From: an uncultured Clostridiaceae bacterium
GTDB lineage: Bacteria > Bacillota > Clostridia > TANB77 > CAG-465
Assembly (NCBI GenBank): GCA_964371585.1
Contig: CAYJMD010000005.1
Location: 8,072-72,071, forward strand
Direction: 5' to 3'
DNA: 64,000 nucleotides
Under the pieces are notes generated by a model, which ran no database searches, was not told the origin of the DNA, and worked only from the letters and a program-made list of their open reading frames with translations. This document shows, one piece after another, positions 1 to 9,807 of the stretch; positions within the stretch are counted from its first letter, which is position 1, and each line of letters opens with the position of its first letter. The position numbers and the translations under genes were made by a program.

Positions 1-1154
1 AATCCATTTTCAAATGATATTTCTGCTTTACCTATAGAGTCATCATGTGTAACTGTTTTACCTACCATAGTATTATTATCTGTATAAATATAGTTGTATG
101 CTACTATTGATTGGAACTCCATACCCACAGGATAATATGTAGTTACTTTACCTTCTAAAACATAAATCATATTTTCAAGTTCAAAAGGATTTCTTGTATA
201 ATTATATATTGTTTCTGTATTCGTACTAGCTACAACATTTGATGTTGCATATGCATGATATCTTTCAAAATCAACCCAATAAGTAGGTGTATATTTGGCT
301 GAAACATCTACAGAACTTTTAACTTCAATATCATTGTATTTAGCTGTAGCCACAATATCTTGCAGTATGTCATGGTCTCCATAAATTCTTTTATCATCAC
401 CTTTTACATAAAAAGTAAGTACAATTTTGTCAGCTGTTTCATTTAAAGTATATGTTACTGTGCCAAATGTACTATCTGTTGCAGTATGTACATTTGGAAC
501 AATTACTGAACTTATAGCTTGATTAGCAAGAGGTTGTCCTTCACCTAAAACATTTACAACACTAGAATTTACTGTTGAAGGTTTTACATAGTCTTGTGGT
601 ACTGGAACACCATTAGCTGAATACTCTAGTCCTTCTGGAACAGTTAAGCTTATACTCTTATTAGCAACCGTTTGCACTGGGAAATATGCAGTTAAAGTAA
701 CTACTTTACCAACAGAATCATACTTTTCAAAACTACCATCAAAATCATTTATAACCATCTCAATAGTAACATCTGAGTTTGTATCAGTTACAGTAACATC
801 TTCTGCAGCTCTTGGTAAATCCGAAGTGAAGTTATCCCCATTAATAACATTCTGTGTAATATCTAAATTAAATACCAATACTGCTACTAAAGTGATACAA
901 GCAACCATCGCTATTTTAAAACAATTAAAAGTAGTATTATTAGTTGTTTGTTTTTTTATTCTACTACTACTTAAACTTACTTTACTTTTGTTGCACAATA
1001 TCTTAGTATTTTTTATTTCATTTACAAACTTTATATTCGAATTAGTATTATTTTGTAATTGCTTCTTCTTATATCTCCTTTTTTTAATATTAAAAATCAT
1101 TTTTTCTATAAAATTTTTATTTTTTCTTTTGTACTTTTTTACTCTTTTGTTCAT
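1..1154 (-). CDS. Membrane-anchored surface/secreted protein of unknown function (partial; C-terminus lies beyond window start)
   Basis: Not in the supplied track because it runs off the edge. The reverse strand is open from ATG at 1154 (SD AAGAGGAG, rc of ~1163-1170) to position 1: MNKRVKKYKRKNKNF... It has a Lys-rich N-terminus, one TM (IAMVACITLVAVLVF), then a Thr/Val/Asn-rich region. The listed + ORF 826..1257 is its antisense shadow. Confidence 0.6.
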   Translation of the reverse strand, partial: MNKRVKKYKRKNKNFIEKMIFNIKKRRYKKKQLQNNTNSNIKFVNEIKNTKILCNKSKVSLSSSRIKKQTTNNTTFNCFKIAMVACITLVAVLVFNLDITQNVINGDNFTSDLPRAAEDVTVTDTNSDVTIEMVINDFDGSFEKYDSVGKVVTLTAYFPVQTVANKSISLTVPEGLEYSANGVPVPQDYVKPSTVNSSVVNVLGEGQPLANQAISSVIVPNVHTATDSTFGTVTYTLNETADKIVLTFYVKGDDKRIYGDHDILQDIVATAKYNDIEVKSSVDVSAKYTPTYWVDFERYHAYATSNVVASTNTETIYNYTRNPFELENMIYVLEGKVTTYYPVGMEFQSIVAYNYIYTDNNTMVGKTVTHDDSIGKAEISFENG

Positions 1155-1413
1155 ATCAATATCTCCTCTTAAAAATTTATTTAAAATATTAATTTACGCA
1201 ATTTTAAATTATCACATTATATATTTACATTATACAACAAATTTTTTTATTTTCTAACAAAATCATAATTTTTTATTACTTTTTTCTAATTATTTTATTA
1301 TTTTTAAATTTTACTAATATTTTATAATTTTTAGATAATAATATATGTGTGAACTAAATATTTTAGAACACAAAATATGTATTAGTAAAAAATTTAAACT
1401 ATAAATTATTTAT

Positions 1414-1442
1414 GTATATATTTTAAAAATTTACTAATACTA
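1414..1442 (+). promoter_or_regulatory. Candidate forespore-type (sigma-G/sigma-F-like) promoter for the SASP gene
   Basis: GTATA-N17-AATACTA about 30 nt upstream of the SASP start. It resembles the published sigma-G consensus GHATR-N17/18-CATxHTA. Motif match only. Confidence 0.3.
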
Positions 1443-1472
1443 TTTCCATAAAGCTTAGGAGGTGAATATATA

Positions 1473-1655
1473 ATGGCATCAGGAGCAAATAAACAATATC
1501 AAGATAAATTAAACAGATTTAAAATGGAAGCTGCTAGTGAAGTTGGTGTTAACCTAAAAGAAGGTTATAACGGTGATTTAACTTCTAAACAAGCTGGTTC
1601 AGTTGGTGGTCAAATGGTTAAAAAAATGATCGAAAAAGCTGCTAGTCAAATGTAA
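1473..1655 (+). CDS. Small acid-soluble spore protein, alpha/beta type
   Basis: 60 aa with strong SD AGGAGGTG. Both SASP signature regions are present (KMEAASEVGV and KQAGSVGGQMVKKMIEKA). Confidence 0.88.
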   Translation: MASGANKQYQDKLNRFKMEAASEVGVNLKEGYNGDLTSKQAGSVGGQMVKKMIEKAASQM

Positions 1656-1673
1656 TCTAAGCAATTAGAAAAA

Positions 1674-1711
1674 ACAAGAGTACATAATTAATCTATGTAC
1701 TCTTGTCTTTT
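1674..1711. terminator. Bidirectional rho-independent terminator between SASP gene and hpf
   Basis: 12-bp perfect stem ACAAGAGTACAT / ATGTACTCTTGT, flanked by an A-run and a T-run. Confidence 0.7.
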
Positions 1712-1712
1712 A

Positions 1713-2009
1713 TTAATCTCTTCTATGTTTTTCCATTATTGTTTTAGTTTTTCTTATTTGACCTTCTATTTTTCTGATACATTCTTCGATTCCTTCATAT
1801 AAATCTTTAGAATCTTCTTCAGCCATATAAGTTTTACCTTTAAATTCAACTCTTATATCTACGTGTTGAATTTCTTTGTTAACAGAAAAAGTTACATGAC
1901 AAATTGTGTCCTCATCAAAAAACTTAGCTAATCTTTCAACTTTCTTTTCAGTATACTCTCTTATACCTTCTGTAACCTCAATATGTAGTCCTGTTAAATC
2001 TAATTGCAT
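1713..2009 (-). CDS. hpf: Ribosome hibernation factor, short HPF/RaiA (YfiA) type
   Basis: MQLDLTGLHIEVTEGIREYTEKKVERLAKFF... is typical of the sigma-54 modulation/S30EA family. I place the start at ATG 2009 (SD GAAGGAG 9 nt upstream). The track start at 2018 is a TTG abutting the SD. Confidence 0.8.
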   Translation of the reverse strand: MQLDLTGLHIEVTEGIREYTEKKVERLAKFFDEDTICHVTFSVNKEIQHVDIRVEFKGKTYMAEEDSKDLYEGIEECIRKIEGQIRKTKTIMEKHRRD

Positions 2010-2104
2010 ATCAATCAACTCCTTCTAACTTGGATTATACTATATTTTAATTTATTTTTCAAGAACTATTTAAATAATATATAATTTTTAATTATTTTTA
2101 GCAC

Positions 2105-5100
2105 TTACATTTCAAACAGACTTACTTGTGAAGATGCAGGCATTCCTTCTAAACATCCATTTTTCTGTAGTACTTCTAAAGAGACTTTACCTATTTTGCT
2201 TCTAAGCTGAAGTTCTTCTATCGTTTCAAACTTACCATTTTCTCTTGCTTCTACTAACTTTTTGCTATCAACATCACCAAATCCTGTCATTGAAGAAAGT
2301 GGTGGTCTTAATCCATCTTCTTCAACTATAAATTTAGAAGCATCTGATTTGTACAAATCAACTGGTAAAAAATTAATTCCTCTTTCATACATTTCAAGTA
2401 CAATTTCTAAAATAGGATACATATTCTTATCTTTAGGTGCAGCACTATTTCCTTGTGCATCTATTTCAGCCATCTTTTTAAGTACATTTTCTTTACCATA
2501 TAACATTGATTCACTTTCAAATTCATCGGCTCTTATTGAGTAAAAAGCCGCATAATATGCTTTTGGCATATGTACTTTAAACCATGCTATTCTAAAGGCC
2601 ATAGTTACATATGCAGCAGCATGAGCTTTAGGGAACATATATTTGATTTTTTTACATGAATCAATATACCACTCTGGAACATTATACTCTCTCATCATAG
2701 CTTCTTGATCTGGTTTTAATCCTTTACCTTTACGTACTGGTTCCATTATTTTAAAAGCAGCATTTGGAGGAAGCCCTTGTTTTATTAAATATATCATAAT
2801 ATCATCACGTGTACATATAGCTTCATTTAATGTTACTATACCGTCATTAATTAATGTTTGCGCATTATTAAGCCATACATCTGTGCCATGTGATAGTCCT
2901 GATATTCTAATTAACTCTTCAAAAGTTGTAGGTCTTGTATCCATAAGCATTCCTCTAACAAACTTAGTACCAAACTCTGGAACACCATATGTTCCAACTT
3001 CAGATTTTATTTGTTTACTTGTAACTCCAAGTGCATCTGTAGAACTAAATATAGACATAGTTTTTTTATCATCTAAAGGTATTTGTGTAGGATCTACTCC
3101 TGTAATATCCTGTAGCATCCTTATTACTGTTGGATCATCATGACCTAATATATCTAGTTTAAGTAAGTTTCTATCTATAGAGTGATAATCAAAATGTGTA
3201 GTTATGATTTTAGAAAATGGATCATCTGCTGGATGTTGAACTGGACAAAATTCATATATTTCTCTTCCTTTAGGCACAACTATTATTCCTCCTGGATGTT
3301 GTCCAGATGTTCTTTTAATACCTGTACATCCTTTAGAAATGGTATTAATGTGTGCTGTTCTCATAGGCTGATTTCTTTCTTCTAAATACTTCATTACAAA
3401 ACCATATGCTGTTTTATCTGCCACCGTACCAATAGTTCCTGCTTTATATGTAGTACCAGTACCAAATATAACTTCCGTATATTTATGAGCTGTAGCTTGA
3501 TATTCTCCAGAAAAGTTTAAATCTATATCTGGTTCTTTATCACCATTAAATCCAAGGAATGTTTCAAACGGTATATCCATACCATCTTTAATGTATTTAG
3601 CTCCACATTTAGGACATTCTTTATCTGGAAGATCAACACCATTTTTAACTCCATAGTCTGTAAAATCAGAATGTTTACAGTCTGGACATCTATAATGAGC
3701 TTCTAAAGAATTAACTTCTGTAATACCTGTTAAATATGCAACAAAAGAAGAACCTACAGAACCTCTAGAACCAACTAAATATCCATCTTCATTTGATTTC
3801 CAAACAAGTTTTTGAGCAATTATATACATAACTGAAAATCCATTTTTAATAATAGAGTCTAGTTCTTTATCCATTCTTTTTTTAACAATTTCAGGATAAT
3901 TCTCACCATATAATTCTATAGCTTTTTGCTCTGCTATATCTCTTATTTCCTGTTCACAACCTTCAATATGTGGTGGGCATTTTTCATCAGAAATAGGAGT
4001 TATAGGGGAGCACATATCTGCAACTAGATTAGTATTTGTAACAACAACTTCATATGCTTTCTCCTCAGTTAAATAATCAAACTCTTTAAGCATTTCATCA
4101 GTTGTTCTAAAGTATAATGGTGCTTGCATATCTGCATCGTCATAACCTTGTCCAGCTTGAATTATTCTTCTATATATTTCATCTTCCGGCTCTATAAAGT
4201 GTGTATCACATGTTGCTACTACTGGTTTATTTAATTTTTCACCTAAATTAACTATATCAATATTTATCTGCTTTAATTCATCTTCAGTTAATTTAATATT
4301 TTCTTTTGTTCTATCTTTATTTTTTCTACCAACTCTTGTATAATATTCATTATTTCCAAGTGGTTGTATTTCTAAATAATCATAATAATTTGCTATAGTT
4401 TCAATTTGTTTTTCATCTTGTTTTTCTACAATAGCTTGGAATAACTCTCCAGCTTCACAAGCTGATCCTATTATAAGACCTTCTTTATATCTATTTAGCA
4501 TAGAACGAGTTATACGAGGTTTTTTCTTAAAATAATGTACATGTGAAAAAGATACTAACTTATATAGATTTTTAAGTCCAATATAGTCTTTAGCAAATAT
4601 AATCACATGGTATAAAGGTAGATTACGTATATCATCTTCTATGTTGGAATACAAAAAACCATCAGTATTTATTCCTTTTTCTTTAGCATGTTTAAGCATA
4701 ATATTCATAACTTCAACTGTAGCTCTTGTATCATTAATAGCTCTATGAGCTCCTTCTAAACTTACACCTAAACTTTCTGCTATAGTACCAAGTTTATGAT
4801 TTTCTAAGTGATTATATATTTCTCTTGAAATCATAAGTGTATCCATAACAATAGGTTTAAATCTATCCTCTAGTTTTTCAACTTGTACATTTTCCTTTAT
4901 AAAGGAAATATCAAATTTAGCATTATGTGCAACAAGTATACTTCCTTCTATGAAATCTAAAAACTTAGGTAAAACTTCCGATATTTTAGGCGCATCTTTT
5001 ACCATATCATCAGTAATATGAGTTATATCTTGTACTTGCTTAGGTATAGCTTTTTCAGGATTTACAAAAGTTGCAAATTCATCTATTATTATTCCATCTT

Positions 5101-6571
5101 TAACTTTGCAACAAGCTATTTCAGTTATTTTATCATACTTAGAGCTAAACCCTGTTGTTTCAATATCAAATACACAGTATGTATTTGGAACTTTAAAGTT
5201 TGGCTCTACATCTTGAACTAAATATCCTTCTACTCCATAAAGTACTTTAATAGGGGCATTATTTACAACATCTTGTGTTTTAGGCCATTTACCATTTTCA
5301 TCTGGCTTAGTATAATTATCAGTTATAACATGATGAGCTTCAGGAAAAGCTTGTACAACTCCATGATCTGTAATCGCAACTGCTTTATGTCCCCAATTGA
5401 TAGCTTGTTTTATTATGCTTTTTGCACTTGAAACAGCATCCATTGAGCTCATTTGTGTATGCATATGCAGTTCAACTCTTTTAACCTCTGCATTATCTTT
5501 TCTTCCAGAAGGTTTTTTAGCTTCATTTATACTTGTAGCCATCATAGTAAGTTCATTTGCGTAAGTATCAAATTGTGGTGTTCCCTCTACTTTGATATAT
5601 CCACCAGCTTTTAATTTCTTTCCTATTTTTCCTATATCATCTTCTGTTAAAAACATTTTACAAGTTATTGTACTAGTCTTATCTGCAACATCAAATGAAT
5701 AAATATATTTACCTGATTTTAATTTTCTAGGTTCAGAAGTAATGATACTTCCTTCAATTATAGTTTTATCATAATCTTCTGATAACTTTACTATTTTATC
5801 AGTAAGTTCATCTTTAATATCTCTACCAATTATCACGTGCTCTGGTGCATTTTCTTCAAAAATTGGTTTAGGAGTTCTTTTTTGATATGGAATTTTATTA
5901 CTGTATGAATTATTAGGAGTTGAATTTACATTGTCAAATGATTCGCTCGTATTTGAAGGATTTACGTTAAGGATAACTTTAGATTCATTATTAGTAACTA
6001 TATTATTTTCAGGTATAATATTAAAATTATTTTGTTTATAGTTTGGATTTAAATCTCTTATATCTATAGTTTTAATATGTTCTTTATTTTCTATTTTTTC
6101 TGTTTTTACTAGATCATTAAATTTTATTTTTATCTTTATGCCATATCTAATATACATACATTTTTCAATTAAAACATCTATATTTTTAAGCTTTAAAAAT
6201 TCAGAATATGGTAGTTTTAAATTTATAATTACATTATTATCTGCAATTTCAGTAGTAACGTCATTTAGTATAGCTGAAGTATATACAGCAGTTTTAGAAA
6301 TTTCCAGTAGTATATTTTTAATCATATTTTCTTTTAATTCTTCAATTTCTCCTGTATATTTATAGTCAATTTTAAGACTTTGTAATTCATAAGCTGTTTT
6401 AGCTAATTTTTCAAACTCACTAAGCTCAGTTAAAGTGATGTTTTTTTGACTTGTTAAATGAACGATTGCTGAATTAAGTTTTTTAGAAAATTTTAATTCT
6501 TTAATCGTTGCATCTGCTATGTTATTATCTATTCTAATGTTTTTAAATACATCTTTAACTACCTTATTCAT
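2105..6571 (-). CDS. polC: DNA polymerase III alpha subunit, PolC type
   Basis: 1488 aa. PHP domain (VELHMHTQMSSMD), internal DEDDh 3'-5' exonuclease (YCVFDIETTG ... HNAKFDISF ... HRAINDT), Zn-finger (CPDCKH...CPKCG) and polymerase core. Confidence 0.97.
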   Translation of the reverse strand: MNKVVKDVFKNIRIDNNIADATIKELKFSKKLNSAIVHLTSQKNITLTELSEFEKLAKTAYELQSLKIDYKYTGEIEELKENMIKNILLEISKTAVYTSAILNDVTTEIADNNVIINLKLPYSEFLKLKNIDVLIEKCMYIRYGIKIKIKFNDLVKTEKIENKEHIKTIDIRDLNPNYKQNNFNIIPENNIVTNNESKVILNVNPSNTSESFDNVNSTPNNSYSNKIPYQKRTPKPIFEENAPEHVIIGRDIKDELTDKIVKLSEDYDKTIIEGSIITSEPRKLKSGKYIYSFDVADKTSTITCKMFLTEDDIGKIGKKLKAGGYIKVEGTPQFDTYANELTMMATSINEAKKPSGRKDNAEVKRVELHMHTQMSSMDAVSSAKSIIKQAINWGHKAVAITDHGVVQAFPEAHHVITDNYTKPDENGKWPKTQDVVNNAPIKVLYGVEGYLVQDVEPNFKVPNTYCVFDIETTGFSSKYDKITEIACCKVKDGIIIDEFATFVNPEKAIPKQVQDITHITDDMVKDAPKISEVLPKFLDFIEGSILVAHNAKFDISFIKENVQVEKLEDRFKPIVMDTLMISREIYNHLENHKLGTIAESLGVSLEGAHRAINDTRATVEVMNIMLKHAKEKGINTDGFLYSNIEDDIRNLPLYHVIIFAKDYIGLKNLYKLVSFSHVHYFKKKPRITRSMLNRYKEGLIIGSACEAGELFQAIVEKQDEKQIETIANYYDYLEIQPLGNNEYYTRVGRKNKDRTKENIKLTEDELKQINIDIVNLGEKLNKPVVATCDTHFIEPEDEIYRRIIQAGQGYDDADMQAPLYFRTTDEMLKEFDYLTEEKAYEVVVTNTNLVADMCSPITPISDEKCPPHIEGCEQEIRDIAEQKAIELYGENYPEIVKKRMDKELDSIIKNGFSVMYIIAQKLVWKSNEDGYLVGSRGSVGSSFVAYLTGITEVNSLEAHYRCPDCKHSDFTDYGVKNGVDLPDKECPKCGAKYIKDGMDIPFETFLGFNGDKEPDIDLNFSGEYQATAHKYTEVIFGTGTTYKAGTIGTVADKTAYGFVMKYLEERNQPMRTAHINTISKGCTGIKRTSGQHPGGIIVVPKGREIYEFCPVQHPADDPFSKIITTHFDYHSIDRNLLKLDILGHDDPTVIRMLQDITGVDPTQIPLDDKKTMSIFSSTDALGVTSKQIKSEVGTYGVPEFGTKFVRGMLMDTRPTTFEELIRISGLSHGTDVWLNNAQTLINDGIVTLNEAICTRDDIMIYLIKQGLPPNAAFKIMEPVRKGKGLKPDQEAMMREYNVPEWYIDSCKKIKYMFPKAHAAAYVTMAFRIAWFKVHMPKAYYAAFYSIRADEFESESMLYGKENVLKKMAEIDAQGNSAAPKDKNMYPILEIVLEMYERGINFLPVDLYKSDASKFIVEEDGLRPPLSSMTGFGDVDSKKLVEARENGKFETIEELQLRSKIGKVSLEVLQKNGCLEGMPASSQVSLFEM

Positions 6572-6633
6572 TTCTATCCCTTCTTTAATAAAATATAGGT
6601 AAAATAAATATAAATTTACTTTACCTATACTAT

Positions 6634-7882
6634 TTATATTAATCTTATAATATCTTTATATATTACTATTACAGTTAGAAGCATTAAGCCTCCAAATCCT
6701 ATATATGTAAGAATTATTTCTATTTTTTCTGGTAATTTTCTTCTAATTACACTTTCTATAAGTACAACTACTATTTTACCACCATCTAGAGGTAATATCG
6801 GAAGTAAATTTGCTGCACCTATTGCTAAACTTATAATAGCAAGCATATTTAAATATTCAAATATACCTTCTGTTTTAGAAACTACATTACCAATACCTAC
6901 AATACTTGAAACATTATCAATAGACACTTTTCCTCTAAATATATCTATATATGAATTAATAACTGCTTCTATAGAATTCAAAGTTTTAACTATAGCAAAT
7001 TCAAATGTTGTATTTTCTATAGCCGTAGTTTCAATTCCTAAATCAAATACTCTAGTAGCTGTTGGTGTTACAAGTATATTAAGCACTTCTCCATCTCTTT
7101 CAACTTCAAAATTTACTTCTTTGTTTGCATTTATTGAAACTATTTCAATTATTTCTGTTGAAGATGTAACAGGTGTTCCATCTATTGATTTAATTGTATC
7201 TCTTTCCTTAATTCCAGCTTTATCTGCACTTAGTCCAGGAAATACTGAATCTATTATAGTAGTTCCTTTATCATTTTCCATTACAAAAACTATACCAACT
7301 TGGCCTATTTCTTTAATTGCATCTGTAAGTGTTACTGTATGATAAGTATTATCTCTTTCATATTCTATAACAATCTCGTTACTTTCAGCATATTTAACAT
7401 CATAAAGTTCAGCTGCAAGTTTTATATCTTCACCATTAATTTTCACAATAGTATCATTTGCTACAAGTCCTGCATCTATTAGTACTGAATCATCACTAAA
7501 TGTTGTAATTTGTGATGTAGCAGTTGGATATGAGAAAGATATAGAAATCAGTATTATAGCTGCAAGAATAAAATTAAACATTGCTCCCATAACTAAAACT
7601 AATATCTTTATTAATGGATGTTTTTTTGAATATGAATTCTCAGCATCTGAAGCTTCTCCTTCACCTTCAATAGAAACATAACCACCAAGTGGTAACCATC
7701 TAAGTGAATACTTTGTCCCTTTATATTCTTTTTGGATTATTTTTTTTCCAAATCCAATAGAAAATTCTTTAACTCCGTATTTTAAATATTTTTGCAGTTA
7801 TGAAATGTCCAAATTCATGTATAGTAGCAACTACACCTAGAATTATTATAAGTTTAATGACTGCTAAAATAAAATCTATCAT
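6634..7882 (-). pseudogene. rseP: RIP site-2 metalloprotease RseP/RasP (M50), interrupted by a +1 frameshift in a homopolymer
   Basis: The N-terminal 37 codons from ATG 7882 (MIDFILAVIKLIIILGVVATIHEFGHFITAKIFKIRS*) carry the HEXXH motif and stop at 7769-7771. Removing one base of the T5 run at 7789-7793 gives ...HEFGHFITAKYLKYGVKEFSIGFGKKI..., continuous with ORF 6634..7590 (PDZ region, C-terminal TM with LPILPLDGG). Confidence 0.8.
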
Positions 7883-7906
7883 TAATCAATCCTCTTTCTA
7901 TTAATT

Positions 7907-8719
7907 TTAATTGTATAATAATAAGAATGTATATATTATTGGTGCAACAAATAAAATACTATCAAATCTATCAAGTATTCCTCCGTGACCTGGAATTAAC
8001 ATACTAAAGTCTTTAACACCAGTAAATCTTTTTACTGATGAAGCTGCTAGATCACCAAATTGACCAGCAATAGCAGCAATAATTCCAGCAAGAATCATAT
8101 ACACTATATTATATCCCAAATTAAAATATGTATTACCAATTATAGTAATAATTATAAAACAAACTACTACTCCAATTATTCCAGCAATTGAACCTTCAAC
8201 TGTTTTTTTAGGACTTATTTTTGGACATAGTTTTCTTTTTCCAAATTTAGTTCCTATTAAAAACGCAAATGAATCACTTGCAAAAGCTGCTGAAAGTACA
8301 TATAGTACTACTAATCTTCCGTTTGGAAATTGTAATATTTCATTTAAGAAACATAACATTCCTGGAATATATACTATCGATGCTAGAGTTATACATATAT
8401 CAATAATATTTCTTTTTAAATTCTGTAAAATTACAGTTATATAAGTAAGAATTACAACCAGTGGTGGTAATATGAGAAATAATGTGTTTTGTAATTCATT
8501 TTTTGTAATACTAGAAATAATAAATATTATAACCGTTATAAAATACGATATCCAAGTAATTGGTTCATATCCTTTTGATTTAAAAGCTTTATTAAATTCA
8601 TATATACAACCTAGTGAAATAAGAGCTACTGCAATACTATCTACAATAAAGTTATTAATAAATCCAATTAAAACTATTATAGCTACAATAACTAAACTTG
8701 AAACATTTCTCTTATTCAA
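7907..8719 (-). CDS. cdsA: Phosphatidate cytidylyltransferase
   Basis: 270-aa multi-pass membrane protein with CTP-transferase-1 signature region (SSVKRFTGVKDFSMLIPGHGGILDRFDS). Position between frr and rseP. Confidence 0.9.
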   Translation of the reverse strand: MNKRNVSSLVIVAIIVLIGFINNFIVDSIAVALISLGCIYEFNKAFKSKGYEPITWISYFITVIIFIISSITKNELQNTLFLILPPLVVILTYITVILQNLKRNIIDICITLASIVYIPGMLCFLNEILQFPNGRLVVLYVLSAAFASDSFAFLIGTKFGKRKLCPKISPKKTVEGSIAGIIGVVVCFIIITIIGNTYFNLGYNIVYMILAGIIAAIAGQFGDLAASSVKRFTGVKDFSMLIPGHGGILDRFDSILFVAPIIYTFLLLYN

Positions 8720-8729
8720 TTATATCAAC

Positions 8730-9278
8730 CTACACTTCCATTATTTCTTTTTCTTTTCCTTGTATATTTTCATCTACCATTTGAACATATTTATCAGTTA
8801 TTTTTTGTATTTTTTCTTCTGCTACTTTTAATTCATCTTCAGTCATTTCATTGTTTTTTTGCATAGTTTTAGCAGTGTCAATAGAATCTCTTCTTGCATT
8901 TCTTATTGCAACTTTTGAATCTTCTCCTATTGATTTACATTCTTTAACTAATTCTTTTCTTCTTTGTTCGTTTAATTCTGGAAATATAAGTCTAATGCTA
9001 TTCCCATCATTTACAGGGTTAATTCCTAGTTCAGCTAAATTTATAGCTTTTTCTATACTAGAAAGTGTTGATCTATCCCAAGGTGTTATTTGTATTTGTC
9101 TTGACTCAGGAACTGCTACTGCAGCTATTTGATTTATAGGAGTTGCTGCTCCATAATATTCAACATTCACTTTATTTAATATAGCTGGATTTGCTCTACC
9201 TGCTCTAATGTTAGCAAGCTCCTCCATTAAGTGATTAATTATTTTATCCATTTTTTCTTCTACGATATTGTAATCCAT
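8730..9278 (-). CDS. frr: Ribosome recycling factor
   Basis: 182 aa. Typical RRF sequence (LANIRAGRANPAILNKVNVEYYGAATPINQIA...). Confidence 0.95.
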   Translation of the reverse strand: MDYNIVEEKMDKIINHLMEELANIRAGRANPAILNKVNVEYYGAATPINQIAAVAVPESRQIQITPWDRSTLSSIEKAINLAELGINPVNDGNSIRLIFPELNEQRRKELVKECKSIGEDSKVAIRNARRDSIDTAKTMQKNNEMTEDELKVAEEKIQKITDKYVQMVDENIQGKEKEIMEV

Positions 9279-9446
9279 TATTAATTTCCCTCCAATTTAA
9301 TAACTATATTATACATTCAAAAACATAAAAAATCAAGATATTAATATAAATTAAACAAATTCTAGCAATATAACTTAATTATATTAAAAGTATGAAAAAG
9401 ATAAAACTATTTTTTTCATAATTTAAAAAAATTTAACAAATAACTA

Positions 9447-9474
9447 TTGACTTTTAAAAATTTAATGTTATAAT
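9447..9474 (+). promoter_or_regulatory. Sigma-A promoter of tRNA-Leu
   Basis: TTGACT (9447-9452), 16-nt spacer ending in TGT (extended -10), TATAAT (9469-9474), ~28 nt upstream of the tRNA 5' end. Confidence 0.6.
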
Positions 9475-9502
9475 AATAATGTTCACAAAACAGTGACGCT
9501 TC

Positions 9503-9591
9503 GGGAGTGTGGCGGAACTGGCAGACGCACAGGACTTAAAATCCTGCGAGCCTTAAAACTCGTACCGGTTCGATTCCGGTCACTCCCACCA
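9503..9591 (+). tRNA. tRNA-Leu (anticodon UAA), class II long variable arm, CCA encoded
   Basis: Acceptor GGGAGTG/CACTCCC. Anticodon stem-loop CAGGA-CTTAAAA-TCCTG gives anticodon TAA. Long variable arm, T-arm ACCGG-TTCGATT-CCGGT, discriminator A plus CCA. Confidence 0.93.
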
Positions 9592-9604
9592 ATAACATAG
9601 AAAT

Positions 9605-9633
9605 ATCATTCAGAAATGAATGGTATTTTTTTT
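9605..9633 (+). terminator. Rho-independent terminator after tRNA-Leu
   Basis: 8-bp stem ATCATTCA/TGAATGGT with GAAA tetraloop, followed by T8. Confidence 0.7.
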
Positions 9634-9807
9634 GCATATAAATAGTTAGATTTACGAATCTTAGATATAATAAATATACACTTGTAACATTATGTCAAGT
9701 ATGATATAATATATTCCAGGATTTATAGATATATAACCTACCAATAATTTGGAGGGTATAAAGTCTTCCAAATTACATTAACAATAAATTAATTAGGAGG
9801 ACAAAAC

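Noticed and set aside
826-1257. 143-aa + strand ORF rich in Leu/Phe/Ile, and many similar antisense ORFs listed in the track (e.g. 2262-2543, 8472-8831, 15084-15611, 20459-20899, 50653-51168)
   Set aside because: All lie antisense to long ORFs with clear homology or motifs. They have low-complexity hydrophobic translations and no SD. These are the expected shadow ORFs of an AT-rich genome.
5830-6000. Asn/Ser/Pro-rich low-complexity insertion in PolC (…NPSNTSESFDNVNSTPNNSYSNKIPYQKRTPKP…) as a possible intein or mobile insertion
   Set aside because: It has no intein splice motifs or endonuclease blocks. It is a short low-complexity linker in the variable N-terminal region, typical of AT-rich genomes. 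The same applies to the Lys/Glu-rich FtsH N-terminus and the Asn/Arg-rich S2 C-terminus.
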